A stretch of 63,508 bases of DNA, the filler included. It is 3 parts of 3 records of this genome, joined end to end, with 100 filler letters (N's around TTAATTAATTAA, not from the genome) between each part and the next. Parts side by side here need not be neighbours in the genome. Positions count along the whole stretch, not along the records: positions 42,786 to 63,508 come from SRR31156797_2486; 2 more parts are not named here. One strand, 5' to 3'. Every line of letters begins with the position of its first letter. Position 1 is the stretch's first letter. Below are positions 52,579-60,816 of this stretch, in pieces. The translations under genes were made by a program, and so were the position numbers. Under the pieces are notes generated by a model. That model was not told the DNA's origin, ran no database searches, and saw nothing but the letters and a program-made list of their open reading frames with translations.

Positions 52579-54444
52579 TCATGACGACAGTCTCCTTGCT
52601 TCAGCGGCGGCGCCTCCCGCATCCGCGGCGTACCCGTCCGCCCCGATTTCATCCGCAAATGCCCTTGTAACCGGGGCGCCTCCAACGATGATTTTGATTT
52701 TTTCGCGAAGCCCGTTTTCGGACAAAGCGTCGATCGTCTTTTCAAGCATGGGCATGGTTGTGGTAAGAAGCGCGGACAAGGCGACTATGCTAACGGGATT
52801 GCTTTGGACTTCCTTGACAAATACATCCGGAGAAACATCCACGCCCAGGTCCGTTACGTTAAAGCCCGAGCTTTCCAGCATCAAAACAACAAGGTTCTTG
52901 CCGATATCATGAAGATCGCCTTTGACCGTACCGATAAGAACATTACCCGAGGCGCCCAGGGAATCCGCGCCCAATGAGGGCTTTAGAACTTCAACAGCAG
53001 CGCCCATGCATTTGGCGGACAAAAGGACTTCGGGAATAAACATGTCGTTTGACTGCATTCTGGAACCGACGACATCCATGGCCGCAATCAATCCCAGGTT
53101 AAGTATTTTTTCAGCGTTGACGCCCTCTTCCAGGGCTTCCTTTACTTTTTGAACAACTTCTTCCTGGCGGCCGGCTATTAAAGATTGCTGTAGATCCTGA
53201 AAGATTTCATGCCGACAGGGTTCTTCAACCAGGGAGCCCGGACTGTTGTCACTATCTTTGTCATCGACGGCTGGAACATCGGCGCTTTCAGTTCCTTTAC
53301 CGGCGAGCGGATAGGTTCCGTATTTGAGGCCGGCGTCATACATGGCGATTACATTTTCCGGCGGAATATCCATCTGAAGATTGTGAACGCCGGCCACGAC
53401 ATATCCTCCACCCGGCCCCAGATCCTGAATTCTTTTCCACACTTCCTTCCGAACATCTTCCGGCGAGCCATTGGGCAAAACATCGGACGTATCAATCGCA
53501 CCCCAGAAAGTCAGCCGGTCGCCGTATCGTTTTTTCAGTTCACCGGAATCCATTCCATTGGCCGAGACCTGCACGGGGTTGAGAATTTCGACGCCCACAT
53601 CTATAAGATCGTCGATCAGATTAGTGACCGCGCCGCAACTGTGATAATAGATCTTTGCCGGCGTGAGGCTCTTGACATAATCAAAAAGTTCCGCCTGGTA
53701 GGGCTTTATAATTTCCCGGTACATTTCCAGGGAGAAATAGGGATTGTTCTGCATGGCCAGGTCGTCGGCCAATTGAAATACGTCAAGATATTCACCGACC
53801 TCTTTTAAAAATATCTCGGCATTCTTTTTACGTATTTCCAGGATTTTCGAAAGCAGGGCATGGGCGAATTCCTTGTTACCGGCCATATCAAGAAGGAATT
53901 CCGGGAGCCCGCGCAAATACCAGGCCTGCTCGAAAATGTTCCCGGGCGATCCCATGCAACCGACGATCGCGTACTCGCCCTCGGTATAAAGCTGTCTTGT
54001 CCTGGCCTTGCATTCCTTCATGCCGTAAATATCTTCGGGAACCGGCCACTGAAAATTATCCAGATCACTCAATTCCGCGTTTTTTAAAGGATGTTCGACA
54101 ATGGCGGCATAACCGGCTTCTATCTTTCTCGTAATTCCCCATTCATCAACAAAGGATGCGGACCCGTCAGTCTGGATTTCGACTGGTTGGCTGATTTCAA
54201 ACTTGTTAACGGGCCGGACATGCCGACAATCTATAGAGAAACGCTTGAGAATGGTTTCATCCACGTGTGCGGTCTGCCACTTTTGAGACATTACGGTGGT
54301 GGTAAGATGTTCCAAATCAAGTCGACTTTTCAGATTTTCATACGCACCGAGCATCAAAGTAGTTTGACGCCCGCCGCAATCCAACGGTACCCTGTCGGGC
54401 TCTTCATGATTCAGGGCCGTCAAGACCCGGTCTTTGTGTTTCAT
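52579..54444 (-). CDS. UroD/MtaA(MT2)-fold methyltransferase fused to a C-terminal corrinoid protein (likely start 54444)
   Basis: RV..AL.HEEPDRVP, DEWG, ADDLA, YHSCG, LNPVQ, FWGAID, GGGY; then MFIPEVL, GDLHDIGKNLV, SALLTTTM, VGGAP. Confidence 0.88.
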   Translation of the reverse strand: MKHKDRVLTALNHEEPDRVPLDCGGRQTTLMLGAYENLKSRLDLEHLTTTVMSQKWQTAHVDETILKRFSIDCRHVRPVNKFEISQPVEIQTDGSASFVDEWGITRKIEAGYAAIVEHPLKNAELSDLDNFQWPVPEDIYGMKECKARTRQLYTEGEYAIVGCMGSPGNIFEQAWYLRGLPEFLLDMAGNKEFAHALLSKILEIRKKNAEIFLKEVGEYLDVFQLADDLAMQNNPYFSLEMYREIIKPYQAELFDYVKSLTPAKIYYHSCGAVTNLIDDLIDVGVEILNPVQVSANGMDSGELKKRYGDRLTFWGAIDTSDVLPNGSPEDVRKEVWKRIQDLGPGGGYVVAGVHNLQMDIPPENVIAMYDAGLKYGTYPLAGKGTESADVPAVDDKDSDNSPGSLVEEPCRHEIFQDLQQSLIAGRQEEVVQKVKEALEEGVNAEKILNLGLIAAMDVVGSRMQSNDMFIPEVLLSAKCMGAAVEVLKPSLGADSLGASGNVLIGTVKGDLHDIGKNLVVLMLESSGFNVTDLGVDVSPDVFVKEVQSNPVSIVALSALLTTTMPMLEKTIDALSENGLREKIKIIVGGAPVTRAFADEIGADGYAADAGGAAAEARRLSS

Positions 54445-54511
54445 TATCCAACCTCTGTGTGAAGCAGTAATTTGAATCGCCAAGATTCAAAATTCCGAAA
54501 TCAGTTCCTGT

Positions 54512-55294
54512 TTAACTTTCGGCCATGGTTATCATTTCTGAAATATCGCCGGCCAACTTGGTGACGACTCCGGTGAAGTCCCGTTCGATTGATTCCGGAG
54601 AATATTCCGAAGCCGGGAAATCGAAACTTACGGCGCCGACAACGGTTTGCGTCTGGTAGTTGATGAGCGGAGCTCCCATGCAAACCAGACCGCTGACGTA
54701 TTCCTCGTTGTTGATGGCGTATCCCCTCATTTTTATATTGTCCAATTCCGCGAGAAGTTCATCCCTGTCCACTGTGGTGTTGGGGGTGTATTTTTCCAAA
54801 GTGCATGTTTCGAAATAGCGCATTTTTTCGTTTTCCGGCAGGTAGGCCAGAACTACTTTACCCATGGCCCTGGCGTGCATTTCGGTCATGATCATTGGAA
54901 GCCGCAGGTGAATCAGGTTCACGGCTTCTCTTCGGTATAAGGATATGAGAGTCAGATCGTAAAGCAGGGCCGAGTCTATGGTGACTTTTCGCTCGATAAA
55001 GTTATTGTCGATGAGCGGCTTGATGGTTTGCAGCAGATCAAACCCCTGGACGAAATTCTGTCCGAGCAGCAATGCCTTGGGCCCAAGTTTAATCGCCCTG
55101 TTATTATTGTTTTTTTTCAAATATCCAAGAGCTACCAGGGTATTTACAAATCTGTAGGCGGAGGTTTTGTTAATACCGGTAATTTTTGTAATTTCGGCCA
55201 GGCTTCTGCGAGTGTGGTCCCTGTCGAAGAGAGACAGAATCTTCATGCCCTTTTCGAGGGATTTGGAGAAGTACGACTCATCGTTTGTTCCCAT
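54512..55294 (-). CDS. IclR-family transcriptional regulator
   Basis: SLEKGMKIL..F, SAYRFVNTL..LGY, AMGKV.LA, T.NT, RGYAINNEE. Confidence 0.92.
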   Translation of the reverse strand: MGTNDESYFSKSLEKGMKILSLFDRDHTRRSLAEITKITGINKTSAYRFVNTLVALGYLKKNNNNRAIKLGPKALLLGQNFVQGFDLLQTIKPLIDNNFIERKVTIDSALLYDLTLISLYRREAVNLIHLRLPMIMTEMHARAMGKVVLAYLPENEKMRYFETCTLEKYTPNTTVDRDELLAELDNIKMRGYAINNEEYVSGLVCMGAPLINYQTQTVVGAVSFDFPASEYSPESIERDFTGVVTKLAGDISEMITMAES

Positions 55295-55306
55295 ACTTGA
55301 ACCTCC

Positions 55307-55368
55307 GTTACTATTATCGTAACTATGTAACTTTTTTGAGTATAAAATTACATTCCATCGATTGTCAA
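55307..55368 (-). promoter_or_regulatory. Sigma70 promoter with dyad operator(s) for the IclR-led operon
   Basis: Minus strand TTGACA (55363-55368)-N18-TATACT (55339-55344); near-palindrome GTTACTATTATCGTAAC (55307-55323); ATGTAA...TTACAT inverted repeat (55325-55353). Confidence 0.65.
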
Positions 55369-55546
55369 ATCTTTTTTAAAAGGATTAAACGAAAACAGCC
55401 GCGCCCCAAAAACAGCAACACAATGAGGAGGGAATAGGAGACTTTTCAAACGGGACGATTATCCAGGATTCTATAATGGAGATCGGCTCCTCGACAACCG
55501 GAACAGAAAGAGCGGCGTCTCAGTCGTCCAGGACCTACAAAAAAGC

Positions 55547-55581
55547 TTGACACAACTTAAAGTTCGAGTTAACTTGAAGTT
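55547..55581 (+). promoter_or_regulatory. Promoter with MerR-type dyad upstream of the liu-type operon
   Basis: TTGACA at 55547-55552, TAACTT 17 nt later, dyad TTCGAGTT/AACTTGAA (55563-55578). Confidence 0.5.
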
Positions 55582-55597
55582 CGAAAAATGGTGTGAT

Positions 55598-55697
55598 TTA
55601 AACTCTGGTAAGCAGAGACCCGATGAAGCGGCCTTCACGATCTCGGAGTTGGCAAATCAGCTTAAAATCAGCTAAGCGAATTGTCTCGCCTGGCGCA
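55598..55697 (+). pseudogene. Remnant of a MerR-family (LiuR-like) regulator
   Basis: Frame 55634-55675 reads FTISELANQLKIS* (MerR HTH start); IVSPG follows in a shifted frame; no valid start codon. Confidence 0.5.
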
Positions 55698-55911
55698 ATC
55701 GACCATTTCTTTTAAAATCGCGCATAACCTTGAAACCGTAATGATGGTTGAAATTCTATCACCCGAGGCGTTTTATACCTAGGAATTCAAGCAGGTCGAA
55801 AACTGTAACACATTGATATCAAAAATTAAAGTCAATTTTAACCGTTAACTGCCACAAACGGTTAACGGGTGATCCTTAAAGCAGCACCATGCAAGCTCAA
55901 GGAGTCGGTTC

Positions 55912-57045
55912 ATGGAATTATCCGAAGAGTATAAACTGATTGTATCCGCAGTCCGGAAATTCGTGGAAAAAGAGATTACTCCCATTGCCGAGCAGGTCGA
56001 CAAAGAGGACTTTCTACCGCCGGACTTTTTCCCGAAATGTGGAGAATTGGGTTTACTTGGGCCTACCATTCCTGAAAAATACGGTGGTTTGGGCGCTGAT
56101 CCCCTAACCCATGTATTGATCACTGAAGAGTTGGCCAAAGGCTCCGGCGGTCTAACCCTGAGTTACATCGCACACTCCAATCTTTGCGCTCACAATATTT
56201 ACAAGAATGGAAATAATTACATCCGAGAGAAGTATCTGCCCGGTCTCTGTTCGGGAGAGTTGATCGGGGCCATGGCCTTGACCGAACCAGGAGCTGGTTC
56301 AGATGCAGTGGGGATTCAGACCAGTGCTGTCGAAGACGGGGATTATTACCGGCTTAACGGCTCCAAGATGTTTATCACTAACGCGCCCGTAGCTGATGTA
56401 ATGCTGGTTCACACGAAGACGGAACGCGGCGGCGGTCCGCGCGGTATCAGTTCATTTGTGGTGGAAAGCGGTTTTGAGGGCTACAGCGTATCCAGGAAAC
56501 TGGAAAAGATGGGCTGTAACGGTTCTCCCACCGGCGAGGTTGTGTTTGAAGACTGTATGACGCCCAAAACCAACCTCCTCGGGACATTGAACAACGGTGT
56601 GGCCGTGATGATGTCCGGGCTGGATATCGAGCGGGTCATGGTTGGGGCCATGGCATTGGGGCTGGCGGAAGCCGCATTTGCCGACTCCCTGAAATATGCC
56701 AGGGAAAGAGAGCAATTCGGCCGTCCGATATCGGAGTTCCAACTGATCCAGGCGAAGGTTGCCGACATGTATACCCAGATCGAAGCGGCCCGCTTACTTC
56801 TGTACGATGTGGCTATCCAGTCCGAGGCTGGAAAACGGCTGCGAAAGGAGTCTGCCGCAGCCATCCTCTTTGCTGCTGAAATGGCCACAAAAATCTGTCT
56901 CGAAGCGATCCAGATTCACGGCGGGTATGGATACATGCTGGAGTTCCCGGTTAATCGGTATCTTCGGGACGCCAAGCTGCTTGAAATCGGCGCCGGGACT
57001 TCGGAGATCAGAAGGCTCCTTATCGCCCGGGAACTATTTGGCTGA
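55912..57045 (+). CDS. Isovaleryl-CoA dehydrogenase-like acyl-CoA dehydrogenase
   Basis: LSY.AHSNLC, GAMALTEPGAGSD, LNGSKMFITNAP, MMSGLDIER, RDAKLLEIGAGTSEIRR. Confidence 0.85.
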   Translation: MELSEEYKLIVSAVRKFVEKEITPIAEQVDKEDFLPPDFFPKCGELGLLGPTIPEKYGGLGADPLTHVLITEELAKGSGGLTLSYIAHSNLCAHNIYKNGNNYIREKYLPGLCSGELIGAMALTEPGAGSDAVGIQTSAVEDGDYYRLNGSKMFITNAPVADVMLVHTKTERGGGPRGISSFVVESGFEGYSVSRKLEKMGCNGSPTGEVVFEDCMTPKTNLLGTLNNGVAVMMSGLDIERVMVGAMALGLAEAAFADSLKYAREREQFGRPISEFQLIQAKVADMYTQIEAARLLLYDVAIQSEAGKRLRKESAAAILFAAEMATKICLEAIQIHGGYGYMLEFPVNRYLRDAKLLEIGAGTSEIRRLLIARELFG

Positions 57046-57160
57046 CACAAATCAAAAGGTTTCAGCTGCGGGTTTGACTTGAGTGGAGCGAATTTAGAAC
57101 GGCGGCATGGACTGCGCCTCTATTTAGGGCGCTATGTATACAATCCAAGGGAGTTAATGG

Positions 57161-58639
57161 ATGGCGGATATAACCAAGGTGCTGATTGCCAATCGCGGTG
57201 AAATCGCATGCAGGATTCTGCGGTCGCTGAAGAGCCTTAATATACCCGGTGCAGTGATCTATCATGCTGTGGATAGAGACGCCCCGGCAGTGAAGACGGC
57301 AAAGGAAGCCGTTGAAATAGAAGGCCGCACACCAGTGTCTGCTTATTTGGATATAGATAAGATCATTAGGGCCTGCAAGCAGATCGGCGCCGATGCGGTA
57401 CACCCGGGTTTCGGCTTTCTTGCTGAAAATGCCGGCTTTGCAAAAAGACTCGAGGCTGAGGGCGTCGCGTTTATTGGCCCCCGGCCTGAGGCCATAGAAC
57501 TGATGGGCAATAAGGTTGCGGCGCGTTCATTCTGCATCGACAATGGCTTTCCTCTTGCGCCCTCGGTAACCGAAGCCGACGCAAAAGAACGTTTTATCGA
57601 ACAGACTCGGGAAATAGGCGTCCCCTTGTTGATCAAGGCGGCAGCCGGCGGCGGCGGCAAGGGGATGCACATCGTGCGGGATTTAAACAGACTGGATGAG
57701 GCCGTTCAGTTGGCCAAAGGAGAGGCTTTGCGTTCCTTTGGCGATGATGAAGTGTATGCCGAGCGCTACATAGAGCAGCCGCGCCATATCGAGGTGCAGA
57801 TCATGGCGGATCACCACGGCCATGTAGTTCACCTGGGGGAAAGAGAGTGTTCCATCCAGCGCCGCTTCCAAAAAATAATTGAAGAAAGCCCCGCACCCGG
57901 CTTGTCCCCGGCCTTGCGCCATCGCATCTGCACTACGGCGGTTGATATCGCTCGCAAGGCGCATTACCGCAATGCAGGGACGGTGGAATTCATCCTGGCG
58001 CCGGATGATTCATTTTATTTCCTTGAAATGAATACCCGCCTTCAGGTGGAACATCCGGTAACTGAAATGGTGACAGGCCTGGATCTGGTGGAACTGCAGA
58101 TCCGCATAGCCCGAGATGAACCGCTTCCCCTCGTTCAGGATGACGTCAAATTCAGCGGGCACGCCATTGAGCTTCGTCTCTACGCCGAGGACCCTGAAAA
58201 CGATTTCCTGCCGGAAACCGGTCCGCTGTTGGCTTACCGTCTACCTGCCGGTGAAGGGATTCGGGTGGAAAACGGGTTTACCGAAGGCATGCAGGTCACT
58301 TCTTCCTTCGATCCCATGCTGGCCAAGCTGATTGTCCGGGGTAGGGATCGTGAGACAGCCATTGAGAGGGCGCTTAAGGCGTTGGGAGATACATTGGTGT
58401 TGGGCGTGACCAGCAACGTCGATTATCTGGCGAGGATTCTGGGCCATCCCGCCTATGGGGAGGGACTGATACATACCGGGTTTATCCCCCTTCATGAAAA
58501 AGACCTGAGAATGCCGCCCTTGCGTGAGGACCAACGCAATCTACTTTTGGCCGCAGCGGCTCTGAGCAACCAGGAATTTATCAATCCGGCTTATCATGTA
58601 CCGGAGCCCTATGCATCCATTGGAAACTGGAGAAACTGA
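57161..58639 (+). CDS. Biotin carboxylase subunit of (methylcrotonyl-)acyl-CoA carboxylase
   Basis: VLIANRGEIA, HPGFGFLAEN, GGGGKGM, RECSIQRR.QK, EMNTRLQVEHPVTE. Confidence 0.92.
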   Translation: MADITKVLIANRGEIACRILRSLKSLNIPGAVIYHAVDRDAPAVKTAKEAVEIEGRTPVSAYLDIDKIIRACKQIGADAVHPGFGFLAENAGFAKRLEAEGVAFIGPRPEAIELMGNKVAARSFCIDNGFPLAPSVTEADAKERFIEQTREIGVPLLIKAAAGGGGKGMHIVRDLNRLDEAVQLAKGEALRSFGDDEVYAERYIEQPRHIEVQIMADHHGHVVHLGERECSIQRRFQKIIEESPAPGLSPALRHRICTTAVDIARKAHYRNAGTVEFILAPDDSFYFLEMNTRLQVEHPVTEMVTGLDLVELQIRIARDEPLPLVQDDVKFSGHAIELRLYAEDPENDFLPETGPLLAYRLPAGEGIRVENGFTEGMQVTSSFDPMLAKLIVRGRDRETAIERALKALGDTLVLGVTSNVDYLARILGHPAYGEGLIHTGFIPLHEKDLRMPPLREDQRNLLLAAAALSNQEFINPAYHVPEPYASIGNWRN

Positions 58640-58640
58640 T

Positions 58641-59159
58641 ATGCGACGCCGGATCGATCTATTAGACGAGCAATACAACGTTACAGTTACGGGCCGCCCT
58701 GAAGCATGGCTGCTGCAGGTGGATGATGGGGAACCCCAATCAGTCGCCCTGACTACTGACAAGGATGGAGCAGGCGCCATCAAACTCGGCGGCCGGAGCG
58801 ATCGGATGAAGATTGTGGTCAAGGGAGAGATGGTCTATATCCGCGCTTTCGACCGGACTTTTACTCTGCAGATTGTGGACCCGGTGGATCAGGCCGCCCA
58901 GGAGTCCGGCGGAAGCAGCAACACCGCTCGAGCCCCCATGCCCGGCCTGGTGGTGGAAATCGTTGTCGCTGCCGGCGACCGGGTCTGCAAGGGCCAACCC
59001 ATGATGACCATCGAAAGTATGAAAATGTTGACAGTCATTACAGCGCCTCGCGACGGCGAGGTAGCCCGGATTCATTATGAACCCGGGGATTCGTTCGACA
59101 AGAATGCGGCGCTGGTCTCACTCAAGGAAGAGAAGGAAAAGCAGCATGCGCCGCATTAA
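58641..59159 (+). CDS. Biotin carboxyl carrier protein (likely start 58641)
   Basis: APMPG, ESMKM biotinylation motif. Confidence 0.9.
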   Translation: MRRRIDLLDEQYNVTVTGRPEAWLLQVDDGEPQSVALTTDKDGAGAIKLGGRSDRMKIVVKGEMVYIRAFDRTFTLQIVDPVDQAAQESGGSSNTARAPMPGLVVEIVVAAGDRVCKGQPMMTIESMKMLTVITAPRDGEVARIHYEPGDSFDKNAALVSLKEEKEKQHAPH

Positions 59160-60753
59160 GTCGAACATAGATACGCGGTCCGAAGAATTCAGGACATACC
59201 AGCGCCATAACAATATGCTAGTATCGGAACTTCGTGAACGCCAGGAGAAGGCCCGGTTCCACCGTCCGGAACGGGATAAGGAACGGTTGCGGAAACAGAA
59301 TAAACTGCTGGTGAGGGAACGCCTCGACCTTCTGCTCGATCCAGGCGCGCCGTTTCTGGAACTCTCCACGCTTGCGGCCAATATGGCCTATGACGGTGCG
59401 GTCCCATCGGCCGGCGTAGTATCCGGTATCGGCATCATAAGCGGTAGAGAGGTGCTGGTGATGGCCAGCGACAGTTCCATCAAAGGCGGCGCCTGGTATC
59501 CACTCACCATAAAGAAAATGGTCCGCACTCTGGACATCGCCATGGAAAACCGCCTGCCCCTGGTCCACCTGGTGGATGCGGCCGGGGCGTTTCTGCCGCT
59601 GCAATCCGGAATCTTTCCGGACAAGTACATGGGCGGGCGGATGTTTCGAAACCAGAGCGTCCTGAGCGCCATGGGAGTGAAGCAGGTTGCGCTGGTGCTG
59701 GGGCACAGCACTGCGGGCGGCGCCTATATACCTACACTGTGCGACTACTCCATCATGGTGCGGGGAACCGGCGGTGTATTCCTGGGAGGGCCTCCCCTGG
59801 TAAAAGCCGCCACCGGGGAGGAAGTCGCCGCCGATGAGTTGGGAGGCGCGGACGTACACGCCTCCATCAGCGGCACTGCGGATTACGCTGTGGATTCCGA
59901 GCATGAAGGGATCGCCCTGCTTCGGGAGATTGTCGGCAGCTTCCCCAGGGAGACCAAAATGGCTGTGGAGCGCAGGGAGCCCGAGGAGCCCTATTATGAT
60001 CCCCGGGAACTCTATGGCATTATACCCGATGATGTGAAGAAGCAGTTTGATATGCGAGAGGTGATTGCCCGCCTGGTCGACGGCAGCCGTTTTCACGAAT
60101 TCAAACCCGATTACGGTACGACCGCTGTCTGCGGCTATGCGTTTCTTTATGGCTGGAAGGTGGGAATTATCGGGAACAACGGAGTCCTGTTTTCAGACAG
60201 TGCGCAGAAATGCACCCAGTTTATGCAGATATGCAACCGCGACCGGATACCGATAATCTTCCTGCAGAACATCACCGGATTCATGGTGGGTAAGGCGTAC
60301 GAGCATGGCGGAATTACCAAAGACGGCGCCAAGATGGTGATGATGCAAAGCAATCTGGACGTGCCGAAACTCACCATCATGACCAATGGCAGCTTTGGCG
60401 CCGGAAACTACGCCATGTGCGGACGCTCCTACGATCCTCGCTTTCTGTTCTCCTGGCCAAACTCGCAGATTTCGGTTATGGGGATGGAGCAGGCCGCAAA
60501 AACGTTGACTCAGATTCGCGTCAAAGCGCTGCAGCGCCAGGGCAAAACCATATCCGAAGACGAAGTTCAACAGATCCACGATAACATAGCCCAAGACTAT
60601 TTGGAAAAGAGCAGCGCCTATTACTCCACTTCGGAACTGTGGGACGACGGCATAATTGATCCGGCAGATACACGTAAAGTACTGGGCATTTCCCTGTCGG
60701 CGGCATTGAATAAAGAATTCAGTGAAACCCCCAATGGAGTATTGAGGATATAA
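59146..60753 (+). CDS. Carboxyltransferase subunit, methylcrotonyl-CoA carboxylase beta-like (likely start 59146)
   Basis: RERLDLLLDPG.PFLE, TAGGAY.P, GPPLVKAATGE, QNITGFMVG, GAGNYAMCGR, WDDGIIDP. Confidence 0.9.
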   Translation: MRRIKSNIDTRSEEFRTYQRHNNMLVSELRERQEKARFHRPERDKERLRKQNKLLVRERLDLLLDPGAPFLELSTLAANMAYDGAVPSAGVVSGIGIISGREVLVMASDSSIKGGAWYPLTIKKMVRTLDIAMENRLPLVHLVDAAGAFLPLQSGIFPDKYMGGRMFRNQSVLSAMGVKQVALVLGHSTAGGAYIPTLCDYSIMVRGTGGVFLGGPPLVKAATGEEVAADELGGADVHASISGTADYAVDSEHEGIALLREIVGSFPRETKMAVERREPEEPYYDPRELYGIIPDDVKKQFDMREVIARLVDGSRFHEFKPDYGTTAVCGYAFLYGWKVGIIGNNGVLFSDSAQKCTQFMQICNRDRIPIIFLQNITGFMVGKAYEHGGITKDGAKMVMMQSNLDVPKLTIMTNGSFGAGNYAMCGRSYDPRFLFSWPNSQISVMGMEQAAKTLTQIRVKALQRQGKTISEDEVQQIHDNIAQDYLEKSSAYYSTSELWDDGIIDPADTRKVLGISLSAALNKEFSETPNGVLRI

Positions 60754-60816
60754 AACAGCGAAACAAAGGCACTTGACGTATAATTCGAGCATACATATAT
60801 AGCTGCTCAACTCGCT

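Noticed and set aside
52579-54444. Heme-pathway uroporphyrinogen decarboxylase (hemE)
   Set aside because: Lacks the HemE RQAGR motif, has an HxCG metal motif and is fused to a corrinoid domain.
54445-55911. Cobalamin riboswitch near the corrinoid gene
   Set aside because: No B12-box-like sequence recognised by eye; an Infernal/Rfam search would be needed to exclude it fully.
59218-60810. Long antisense ORFs (292 aa, 205 aa) and similar shadow ORFs across contig C
   Set aside because: They overlap well-supported genes on the opposite strand or in other frames and have no recognisable motifs; expected in GC-richer coding DNA.
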